Assembly (NCBI GenBank): GCA_951406725.2
Contig: OX597843.1
Coordinates: forward strand, 17,236,001-17,300,000
Reading direction: 5' to 3'
DNA length: 64,000 nucleotides
Source: Octopus vulgaris
Taxonomy: Eukaryota
Position 1 is the first letter of the stretch. Every line of letters begins with the position of its first letter. The position numbers and the translations under genes are program-made. The notes below the pieces were generated by a model. The model was given only the letters and a program-made list of their open reading frames with translations, searched no databases and had not been told where the DNA came from. Below are positions 1 to 12,800 of the stretch, one piece after another.

Positions 1-187
1 CCTTCTTTCCTGAGCGTCCAATAATACTTTATTTGTTCCACATCCTTGCATTGTTGTCTTTTTGTTTTCTTGTTTGGATTAACTTTATACATATGTATAA
101 ATATATATACACAATTGATTAGATCAAAAGTTGAGGGGCCTGAAAGCCCACCTCAAATCCTTATATCAGATACCAGAGTTAACATAC

Positions 188-391
188 CTGATTCGATAAA
201 CGTTCTTCTTCGGTCCACAGCACAGCTCCCGCAGAGGGATCCAGACAGAGCCAATCAATTTATCCTTCGGTTTCCTTCGGCTCCTGATAGTCTTGTCTAA
301 ATTGTCCCCGTCACCGATGTCAATCCTGGGAATGGTACTGGCCCCAACAGAAAACCAGACTTTGATTTCGAGTTTTTCTTCTTTTAAAAAC
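188..391 (-). CDS. C2CD3: C2CD3 exon 21
   Basis: [67 protein letters not shown]; tgaaag / GTATG; 204 nt. Confidence 0.9.
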
Positions 392-3300
392 CTTTCAAAA
401 TATCAATAAAGAAAAAGAGAGCACGGTGAATAAATTGTTGTCTGAATTAAGCAAAATGAGCAGTAGTGGGGGGGAGCATCATAACCATGTGTTAACCCTT
501 TCGTTACTGTAATTATTTTGAGATGCTCTGTGTTTCTTTCAATTATTTTAAATATAACAAAAAAATCTAGTAAAATAACTTAGTTATTATCATTAAGCTA
601 GTGTTAGGAACATAAATTGTGACTAAGGTTTGGTGGAAGATTTTAATTCAAAACTTATGAAAATAAGACATTTGTATTACAGAGCCAGAGCCAGTTTCAA
701 CTGGGTTTGTATTAAAAGGGTTAAAAATATCATGGTGACTTTAACCCTTTTGTTACCGTATTTCTGTGGAGATGTTCTGTGTTTCTTTCAATCTCATTTT
801 AACAGATATATTTACCAAAATTACAGAAAAATATCTTGAAATACTAAAGAATAAATTTATTCAATACAATCACCATTGGCTTCAACCATGGCCTCCAGAT
901 GACTTCAGAATCTCCTGCAACTCTTCTAGATGGTCTCCGTGTTTAAGTTGGTGAATGCTGCCATAATCCTTGCCTTCAGTTCATCTTTGGGGTTACAAGG
1001 AGTCTTGTCGGTCTCTCGCTCAACTGTGTCCCACACATAACAATCAAGGGATTTGCAGTCTAGGGAGTTAGGTGGCCAGATGTTAGGGGTGTTGTGGCCG
1101 CAGAAATTGTCTGAGAGCCATGACTGGGTTCTCCTGCATGTGTGGCACAGCGCGGCGTCCTGCTGCCAGAAATAGGTTCTTCCAGTACCGACCCTCTTGA
1201 CCCAGAGTATCAATACCTCCTCCATGCACTTGATGTAGGCCTTTGTGTTGAGTGTGAGGCTATGTGGGAAAATGAATGGAGACATGTCAGCATTTCAATA
1301 CCCAGCATGAACCATCATGCTACAGGTAACTCTTTTCCAGTTTTCAGATGGTTTCCAGTCCTCCATATTAGCCAACATTTTATGCTCCCTATTGCTGTTG
1401 ACTGTTCACCAATATACCTATTTCTTTACAACCCACAAGGAGCTAAACACAGAGGTGACAAACAAGGACAGACAACCAGATTAAGTCGATTATATCGACC
1501 CCAGTGCATAACTGGTACTTAATTTATTGACCCCGAAAGGATGAAAGGCAAAGTCGACCTCGGCGGAATTTGAACTCAGAACGTAACAGCAGACGAAATA
1601 CCTATTTCTTTACTACCCACAAGGTGCTAAACACAGAGGGGACAAACAAGGACAGACAACCGGATTAAGTCGACTATATCGACCCCAGTGCGTAACTGGT
1701 ACTTAATTTATCGACCCTGAAAGGATGAAAGGCAAAGTCGATCTCGGCGGAATTTGAACTCAGAACGTAACAGCAGACAAAATACCTATTTCTTTACTAC
1801 CCACAAGGGGCTAAACACAGAGGGGACAAACAAGGACAGACAAATGGATTAAGTCGATTATATCGACCCCAGTGCGTAACTGGTACTTAATTTTATCGAC
1901 GCCGAAAGGATGAAAGGCAAAGTCGACCTCGGTGGAATTTGAACTCAGAACGTAACAGCAGACGAAATACCTATTTCTTTACTACCCACAAGGGGCTAAA
2001 CACAGAGGGGACAAACAAGGACAGACAAACATATTAAGTCGACTATATCGACCCCAGTGCATAACTGGTACTTAATTTATCGACCCCGAAAGGATGAAAG
2101 GCAAAGTCGACCTCGACGGAATTTGAACTCAGAACGTAACGGCAGACGAAATACCGCTAAGCATTTTGCCTGGCGTGCTAACATTTCTGCCAGTTCACCA
2201 ATATACGAAGTCATTCCTGACAAAGAAGGCATAAAAAATCATGAAATTTATCCCAAATCTTTTATATAGAAATATATAAAACAAGCTTCTTTTAGGCATT
2301 ACAGTGTTCACAGGGCATTGAGCAGTGGTCATGATGTTGGCATTTTGATACCAGGTGCAAACCATCATAATACAGGTAACGCTTCTCCATATTCAGATGG
2401 CTTCCAGTCCTCCACATCAGCTGACTTTACCTCAAGTACAACTTTAATCTTTATGCTCTCCAACACCAGCGACTGGTTGCCATTACATGAAGCTGTTCTT
2501 GAAATAATCTATATATATAAAAGTGAAGTTGTGTGGTGTCTGTCTCCTACGATTTAGATTCCCAACTACTCCCACATTTTGCGGTGCAGTTTAACCAAAA
2601 CCGGGTATCTTATGGTCGTGATTCATATCGAGCCCTTCTGGGTATTAGCGCGCGTCTACAATGAGTCTACGATTTTAAAAATAATTTACCATCAATTTTT
2701 CCCATTTTTAATGCATTTTTTTGCTATTATATAAGGGAAGTAACTCTCTAAAAATGTCTACGATGAGTCTACGATTTAAAAAAAAATTTACCCTCATTTT
2801 TTTCCATTTTTAACGCATTTTTTTGCTATTATATAAGGGAAGTAACTCTCAAAAAATGTCTACGATGAGTCTTCGTTTTAAAAAAAATTTACCATCATTT
2901 TTTTCCATTTTTAATGCATTTTTTTGCTATTATATAAGGGAAGTAACTCTCTAAAAATGCTTATATAGTTATTTCCCTTACAAACCCGAGCAACGCCGGG
3001 CGATACTGCTAGTAAGACATAAAAATCATCAAATTTATCCCAAACATCCTTAATAAATCCCCATCTCTCCACCAACCCTACCACACACACAGAGCTATAA
3101 ATAAAAATTTTAATGAAAGCAATTTGTACCATAGTAATGGTGATGATAAATCAACAAGGAAACTGTTCTGATGCCCGGCTTTCATTGAGACAAAATCTTC
3201 TCCGTACGCTTTGATTGGGATTGCATCAGATGTGAAGGGACCTGTAATAGAGAAAGTAAGAGATGAGATGCAGAGTGCCATCTGTTGTCAGTTTTTGTTG

Positions 3301-6300
3301 TTAGCTAACTTATACATCAGCCCTGATCCAGCAGACCTATGATCAAAGGCGTTCCAGCTATGACCATCCTGTCTTTTATTCGCCATCATCAGCCTTTTCC
3401 AGGCTGGCATGGGTTGGATGGTTTGACAGGAACTGGCAACGTCAGAGACCACACCCGGTGCCATAGTCTGTTTTGGTTTGGTTTCTACAGCTGGATCCTA
3501 CTTCCACACGCCAAACACTTTACAGGGTGGGCTGAGTGTTTTTTATGTGGCACCAGCACCAATGCTTTTTACGTGGCACCAGCACCAATGCTTTTTACGT
3601 GGCACCAGCATGAGTGCTTTTTATGTGGCACCAGCACCAATGCTTTTTATGTAGCACTGGCACCAGTGCTTTTTATATGGCACCAGCACCAATGCTTTTT
3701 ATGTGGCACCAGCGATCTTTATGCGGGACTGGCACGAGTGCTTTTTACATGGCACCAGCATCAGTGCTTTTTATGTGGTACCAGCACCAGTGCTTTTTAT
3801 GTTTCAAAGAAAGGTGATATTTTTTCTATAGTTACACAGGTTTCTCACGAGGACTGGAGGCAAACGACCTTGCTCCATATGCCAATGATGCACATTTATA
3901 ACCATCGTGTAATGTCTATACAAGGTATCATCATCATCATCATTTAATGTCCGTTTTCCATGCTGGCATGGGTTGGAGGGTTTGACTGAGGGCTGGGGGG
4001 CCAGCAGCAGCACCAGGCCCAGTCTGATCTGGCAATGTTTCTACAGCTGGATGCCCTTCATAACGCCAACCACTCCAAGAGTGTAGTCAGTGCTTTTCAC
4101 ATGCCACCAGCACAGGAGCCAGTCAGGCGAGCCTGGCATCGATCATGTTCAGATGGTGCTTTTCATGTGCCACTGGCATAAAAGCCAGTCAGGGGCTACT
4201 GGCATCAGCCACAACTTGGTGCTTTTTACATGCCACTGGCACGGGAGCCAGTCAGGCAGTATAAAAACACAATGGGATTCTTTCGATTTCCATTCACCAA
4301 TCCCTTCACAAACCTGTGGTCAACCCAGAGCTATAACAAAAAACATTTGCCCAAGATTCCATGCAGTAGGCATAGGTGTGGCTGTGTGGTAAGTAGCTTG
4401 TTTACCAACCACATGGTTCCATGTTCAGTCCCACTGCGTGGCACCTTGGGCAAGTGTCTTCTACTATAGCCTTGGGCCGACCAAAGCCTTGTGAGTGGAT
4501 TTGGTAGACGGAAACTGAATGAAGCCCATCATATATATGTATATATATATATGTATGCGTGTGTATATGTTTGTGTGTCTGTGTTTGTCCCCCTAGCATC
4601 GCTTGACAACTGATGCTGGTGTGTTTATGTCCCCGTCACTTAGCGGTTCGGCAAAAGAGACCGATAGAATAAGTACTGGGCTTACAAAAAAATAAGTCCC
4701 GGGGTCGATTTGCTCGACTAAAGGTGGTGCTCCAGCATGGCCGCAGTCAAATGACTGAAACAAGTAAAAGAGTAAAAGAGTAGGACTAAACCATGAACAT
4801 GGTTTCAGTTTGGAAAATCAAACCAAGAGAATAAGCCCAACTTAAAAAAGTTAGAACTGGGGTTGATCTGTTGATCCCTCGCAGGGTGGCTGAACAAGTG
4901 CTATGCCTTGCCAAGGGGCAACCCATAAGAGCAGAAAACAAGAGACAAAAGAGAAAAGAAAGAAAACTAAATGAAGGCCCAATAATAGCTCACCTTTATC
5001 GTAGAATGTGTATTTCAAATACGTGAAGCTCTCTCTGTTGATGGTCGTTTGTCCAGGGAAGAGACAGTTGGGAACAGCCAGCCTCATGTCATCAGCATTG
5101 ATGGTCACCTGGAGATCTCTGCCATTTGTAAGGTCTGTTAGAGAAGAGATGGAGAGGAAACAACCAGAGGTGGTAGTGATGGTGGTGATGGTTTTGTTCG
5201 TTCTATTGTCACTACTTAGAATTTCAATGAAGTGGGGGAATGGAATTGAAAATACAAGTGCTCTAGACACTCCAAAAGAGACGCTCAAGATGAATATATA
5301 TATAAATGCTACCTTTTTAGCACAAGGTTGTACCAACGCACATCTATGCCGTTCTATATTTAAGAGATGAGGAATTTATATACATTATTTACATTCGACG
5401 GATATTTGTCCTCATCTTGTTTGTTGTTAACACAACATTTCATCTGATATACCCTCCAGCCTTCATCAGGTGTCTTGGGGAAATTTCATACCTGGGTTCT
5501 CATTCCTAAGGTATTTTTCGATGTTATTATTATTATAGGCGCAGGAGTGGCTGTGTGGTAAGTAGCTTGCTTACCAACCACATGGTTCTGGGTTCAGTCC
5601 CACTGCGTGGCATCTTGGGCAAGTGTCTTCTGCTATAGCCTCGGGCCGACCAATGCCTTCCTTGTGAGTGGATTTGGTAGACGGAAACTGAAAGAAGCCT
5701 GTCGTATATATGTATATATATATCTATGTGTGTGTATATGTTTGTGTGTCTGTGTTTGTCGCCCCACCATCGCTTGACAACCGATGCTGGTGTGTTTACG
5801 TCCCCGTCACTTAGCGGTTCGGCAAAAGAGACCGATAGATTAAGTACTGGGCTTACAAAGAATAAGTTCCGGGGTCGATTTGCTCGACTAAAGGTGGTGC
5901 TCCAGCATGGCCGCAGTCAAATGACTGAAACAAGTAAAAGAGTAATTATTATTATTATTCAGGTCTCTGCCTGGAATCGAACTCGGAATCTTGGGGTTAA
6001 TAGATCTTAACCCCAAGATTCCGAGGTCAATTCCAGGCAGTGACCTGAATAATAACATCGAAAAATACCTTAGGAATGAGAACCCAGGTACGAAATTTCC
6101 CCAAGACACCTGAAGAAGGCTGGAGGGTATATCAGCCGAAACGTGTTAACAACAAACAAGATGAGGACAAATATCCGTCAAATGTAAATAATGTAAATAA
6201 TGAACGTACATCTATGCCAGAAACTTTCTTAAACAACATCTTTACCATATATTTTTAAATAGCATTCGATTGACTACACAGAAATTCACCTTTTTTCTCT

Positions 6301-8200
6301 GACGAGTGGATGTATTACCTTATAATGATTATCAATTTTAGATTTCATTTTGAAGGGTAATACATTAATGAAACAATTGTAATTTTAAAGTTTTAAACTT
6401 TTAAAATAAGCATACTTTGAGTAAAGTGCATCAAAACAAGTGCACCTTAAACAAGGGACATGCGGCACAGAATCTATTGCATTTCAATGTGTTTTAGGGT
6501 TAGTTAGGGTTAGGGGTGGGGGGAAGGGTATCTTTTTTTCTTCACAAATGTATATAAACTCAATCTGTTTCTTAAACAAGGGACATATTCATACGGCACA
6601 GAATGTTTTTTTACCTCAATAGACGTCAATGATTAGTTGAAATTGCAGAAACTGAAGAAAAAAAAACAACATGCTGGTGGCACGTAAAAAGCACCATCCA
6701 AACGTGGCCAGCGCCACCTTGACTGGCTTCCATGCCAGTGGCACATAAAAGGCACCATCCAATCGTGGTGACAGAAGGGTTAAAATAAAAGAATACTTCT
6801 GAGGCACAAATCTGAGCAAGGTTGTTCATGGAAGACCAGCAGTCACCCATGGATGTCAGCCTCCTCTTCGTGCTACTAATGTTATCCAAGGGAAAGGCAA
6901 AGACCAATAAAGCTTGGCACCAATGATGTCGCAACTCATTTCAGATCTTTTCCGTTTGACCGGCAGTTTTTAAAATAATTTCCACGTAACTAAACACTTT
7001 TAAACTTCGTATACTGGTAGAATGTGTTTATAAAACATCTTTTTCTCTTGGCTTTATGGAGAAAATTCTATAGTTTGTAACATATTTGTTGTTTTTTTTT
7101 CTTCAATTTCTGCAATTTCAACCAATCAATGACGTTTATTGAGGTGAAAACATTCTGTGCCATATGAATATGTCCATCGTTTAAGAAACAGATTGGGTTT
7201 ATTTACATTTGTGAAGAAAAAAGATACCCTTCCCCCCACCCTAAAACACATTGAAATGCAATAGATCGATACTAGGGTCATAATTATGGGTGACAATTTC
7301 ATATGACACCGCTAGAAAAAACTGCTGTTCAAACAGAAAAGATCCCTCATTTCTACAGCTAAGTGAACTGTAGCAATGTGAAATAAAGTGTCTTGCTCAA
7401 GAACACAACACTCAGCTCGGTCCAGGAATCGAACTCACTACCTCATGGTTGTGAGCCCGACGCTCTAACCCCCGAGCCACGTACATTCGCTGAGGTGGGT
7501 GGTTATACTAGAGGGACCCAATCCAGACCAAACCAATCTTAGTCAACACGAAAAACACAACACGACCCACTCCAAACTTACCAGCAAAACTGCCGTTGAG
7601 GGCATATCTGTCCGGCAAAGTCCAGTTGTGCATCTCAGCAATCCGGATGACACGATCGAGGTCGTTGGCCTGAGAGAACTTGATGCTCACCTCAACGCCA
7701 CCTACGACACGCTCCAGCTGACCTGCTGACGAAGTCTGGACTGTGATCAGGCGTGAAGTGTCCTCCACGACTGGCTTGTTGACAGGGAACCAGCCGTTGA
7801 TACCTGAGGGAGGGAGGAAACCAAACATGAATGAATCATCATCATCATAATAATAACCATCATCATCATCATCATTGTCATCATCATCTCCATTCATCAT
7901 CACCACTGTCATCATCATTCGTCATCACCATCATAATATCCATCACCACCACCACCACCACCACCAAACATCAACATCATCATCTTGTAACGACTATACA
8001 AGGTTACGTTACATCATCATCATTATCACCACCACCACCACCACCATCATCTTGTTGTAACGTATATACAAGGTTACGTTACAACAACAACATCATCATC
8101 ACCATCACCATCATCTTGGAACGTCTTTACAAGGTTACATTACAACAACATCATCATCACCATCACCACCATCATCACCACCATCATCACCACCATCATC

Positions 8201-8234
<34 letters not shown>

Positions 8235-8257
8235 TCATCACCATAATCACCACCATC

Positions 8258-8288
<31 letters not shown>

Positions 8289-8374
8289 CCATCATCATCA
8301 CCACCACCACCACCACCACCATCACCATCATCACCATCACCATCATCATCATCACCATAATCACCACCATCATC

Positions 8375-8405
<31 letters not shown>

Positions 8406-8438
8406 CCATCATAATCATCATCACCACCATCACCATCA

Positions 8439-8473
<35 letters not shown>

Positions 8474-9826
8474 CCATCATAATCATCATCACCACCATCA
8501 CCATCATCATCATCACCATCATCACCATCATCATCATCACCATCACCACCATCTTGGAACGTCTTTACAAGGTTACATTACAACAACATCATCATCATCA
8601 TCATCACCATCATCACCATCACCATCATCATCATCATCATCATCATCACCACCACCACTACCACCATCACCATCATCACCATCTTGTTGTAACGTCTATA
8701 CAAGGTTACATCATCAATGCCATCTCCGAAAGATGGTTGCACTGTACAGGAGTGTGCAGGATAAGTTTCCCTCTCCTGCCCACATAGAGAGCAATAAAGA
8801 AGATTGTACTAACCGGTGGTGCTGGTGAGCAATTCAGCAAGTGGTACAAAGGTATTTCCCAGTAAGACATCTTGATGGTTGGTGCAGGAGATGCCAGGTT
8901 CTAATCCAGTGAGGGTGAAGAAGGGAGAAAAAATGGTTTAATACAGGTTAGTGTTATGGAAGGGTTCGACTGCATATTTGTATCGGCATGCACGTGCATG
9001 TATATGCGTGTGCATGTATGTATGTAAATATATAGGAGTGGCTGTGTGGTAAGTAGCTTGCTTATGAACCACATGGTTCCGGGTTCAGTCCCACTGCGTG
9101 GCACCATGGGCAAATTTCTTCTACTATAGCCTCGGGCCAACCAAAGCCTTGGGAGTGGATTTGGTAGACGGAAACTGAAAGAAGCCCGTCATATAAATGT
9201 ATATATATATATATATTTTCCTCTGTCTTCCCTTCTCTGGATCTTTCCTTCTCCTATGTTTCCGACGAAGAGCTCTGCTCGAAAGGTTAAACCCTCCTTT
9301 CCTGAGCATCCAATAATACTATATTTGTTCCACGTCCTTGCGTTGTTGTGTTTTTTTTGTGCTTTCTTGTTTGGATTAACTATATATATATATATGTATG
9401 TATGTGTGTGTGTATATGTTTGTGTGTGTGTGTTTGTACCACCAACACCGCTTGACAACCGATGAGGGTTGTCAACGTCCCCGTAACTTAGTGGTTCGGC
9501 AAAAGAGACCGATAGAATAAGTACTGGGCTTACAAAGAATAAGTCCTGGGGTTGATTTGCTCGACTAAAGGCGGTGCTCCACCATGGCCACAGTCAAATT
9601 ATTGAAACAACTAAAAGAGTAAAAGAGTATATATACATATATATATATATATATTTTATAAATAAGAATAATATCGATATTTAAATATCGATATTATTAA
9701 GTGGCCAGCATGGGAATAAATACCATACAAAGGTAATAATTTTTTTACAACTAAAAATAAGGGTGTCTGAGAGACACCACCATGCCGAAATAGCAGTCAA
9801 ATCCCTGACTCTAAAAACCACCTTAA

Positions 9827-9869
<43 letters not shown>

Positions 9870-12800
9870 AGTTAGAAAACAGATGTAATGGATACAAATT
9901 AATTCATTAATTAATTAATTAATTAACATGTTCACCTACAATTGTTTCATTTCACAAACAAAATTAAAATAGGAAAGGGAGAGGAGGAAGAAGCGATAAG
10001 GAAGAAGCGATGAAGAGGAAGAGGAGGGTAATGACACTATCAAAACACTACCCACCCACCTCATAACTACTGACCCACAACACCCTCTCAGTGGTTCCTT
10101 ACCTGATATATTCTGGTGCCAGAGTTCCAGGTGAAGTCCTGCAGTCTCCAATTGCTCAGCTAAACAAGAGGCCATACCATTGTTGGTTGCCACCAGGGGG
10201 CAGTAGAAGTCAAAATACTGTCCAATGTTAGCATGGAAACACTTTGCCATTGTCCTAGTTGTGAAATTGCGCTGACAAACAGACAGACAAAAGGAAGATA
10301 TTAGCCATTTAGCCTCTCACACCTACCCTACAATGTCATTCTAAAAATAAACAATCACATCATCTCAAGACAACAACAAGATAATGCAAGATTAATTCTT
10401 TTAGTCTTTTACTTGTTTCAGTCATTTGACTGCGTCTATGCTGGAGCACCATCTTTAGTCGAGCAAATTGACCCCTATGACTTATTTTTTATAAGCCTAG
10501 TACTTATTCTATCATTCCCTTTTGCCGAACCGCCAAGTTACGGGGACGTAAACACACCTGCATCGGTTGTCAAGTGATGTTGGGGTGGACAAACACAGAT
10601 ATATACACACACATATATACATATATATACATATATATACAAATGAGGCCTCTTTTATTTATATACAAAATATATACTGAACTTTATAGAAGTTCCTACT
10701 GTTAATGGTTATATTTACATGCCGAAATCTACCAGTAAATAATTGTTGGTTTATTTAAAAACCATTAAAGTTATTATTTGCTCTTATTATATTACATATA
10801 TATACATATATACTAGCAGTATCGCCCGGTTTGTAAGGGAAATAACTATATAAGCATTTTTAGAGAGTTACTTCCCTCATATAATAACAAAAAAACTGCA
10901 TTAAAAACGGACAAAAATTATGGTAAAGTTTTTTTTTAAATCGTAGACGCACACTAATACGCAGAAGGGCTCGATATGAATGACGACTATAAGATACCCG
11001 CTTTTGGTTAAACTGCACCGCAAAATGTGGGAGTAGTTCGGAATCTAAATCGTAGGAGACAGACACCACACAACTTCTCTTTTATATATATAGATATTTA
11101 AATTTCATTAACAACCTGAACCACTACAATATAAGACTGTCATTTGTCTTCTCATTCGGATTCCCTGATATTTTCGCATGATTGTACCATAAATCTCTCC
11201 ACAAAACTGGATTATGAACTATATGGACATACACAAATTTTGTAAGTTCAAGACTTTTTCATTGGATCTCCAAAAATCGAACTTATCTGCGATTCTTGTA
11301 AATTTCAATAACAATCTGTTCCTCTACACGATATGGCAGTCACTTTGCCTCTTACTCGGATTTTCAGAAATTTTGCATGACTGTATCCGAAAATTTCTTC
11401 ATACAACTTGATCAAATATTCAATATGAGATAAGTTCGATTTTTGGAGATCCAATGAAAAAGTCTTGAACTTACAAAATTTGTGTATGTCCATATAGTTC
11501 ATAATCCAGTTTTGTGGAGAGATTTATGGTACAATCATGCGAAAATATCAGGGAATCCGAATGAGAAGACAAATGACAGTCTTATATTGTAGTGGTTCAG
11601 GTTGTAGACATGCATAAATTCTATAGGTTTAAAACCTTTCATCGGATCTCCACGAATCGAACTTTCTTCAATGCAGTTAATCTTACAACCTCTTTTGTAT
11701 CTACCCCTTTTGATGTTTGGGAATTCTCTGATATTTTTTCGGCTGACGAGTACGAGCCATCTGTATTCACTGCATTTTTAGTAGCTTATTAAAGATGTCC
11801 TCGTACGAAACGATCGTACCGAGATTTTGATCCATTCTTGTTGCTTTTTTCCTATATAGATATTTATATAGTAAACTTTGCTTGATGACCTGTTGAGGCA
11901 AGTGAAATCAAAATCACTGATGTGGCCGATGACAATACTACCTGATGGGCACTTATGCCAGTGGAATGTTAAAAGCACCTCCAAGCATGAAAATTGCCAG
12001 GGCTGTTGACTTGCTCCTGTACCAGTGGCACATAAAAAGCACCATTCGAGCGTGATCATTGCCAGCATGGCCTTACTGGCACTTGTGCTGGTGGCACGTG
12101 AAAATCAACATTCAAGCGTGGTCGTTGCCAGTGCCACTGGACAGGCTCCCATGCAGGTGGCACATAAAAAATACCTTTGAGTGTGGTTGTTGCGAGTACT
12201 GCCTGACTGGCTCCCGTGCAGGTGGCACGTAAAAAACACCTCTTGAGTGTGATCGTTGCCAATACCACCTGATTGGCCCTTGTGCTGGTGGCACATAAAA
12301 GGACCCACTACACTCTCGGAGTGGTTGGTGTTAGAAAGGGCATCCAGCTGTAGATCAGATAGGAACCTGGTGCAGGTCAAACCGTCCAACCCATGCCAGC
12401 ATAGAAAGCAGATGTTAAACGATGATATGTATACAATGGGCTTCTTTCAGTTTCCGTCTACTAAATCCAGTCACAAGGCTTTGGTCGGCACGAGGCTATA
12501 GTAGAAGACACTTGCCCAAGGTGCCATGCAGTGGGACTGAACCCGGAACCAGGTGGTTGGTAAGCAAGCTACATACCACACAATCACGCCTATGCCTATT
12601 CAAAACAATTTAAATAAAAAAGCTTTACATTTAACAGAGTAATCGGAATGCTTAAAGGTTGAAATCTGTAGCATTTAAACCATCCGTGACTGGCCTAAGT
12701 ATTCTAAGTTTTAAGTTCAAAATGGCCAGGTCCAGCCTCTCACACCTACCCCACAATGTCATTCTGAAAATAAGTAATCACATCATCAAAATTGTGAAGC

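Noticed and set aside
46-300. 84-aa plus-strand ORF
   Set aside because: Antisense shadow of C2CD3 exon 21.
1290-2470. Diverged local duplication (about 1290-1400 versus 2340-2470) as extra exons
   Set aside because: Exons 20 and 21 already join in frame; no coding signal.
6493-6516. Telomere
   Set aside because: Only about 3 TTAGGG units inside a dispersed repeat.
7831-8787. Poly-His / poly-Ile ORF
   Set aside because: (CAT)n microsatellite.
10695-10740. HHR-like CTGTTAATGG…GCCGAAATC
   Set aside because: Core and stems are unconvincing.
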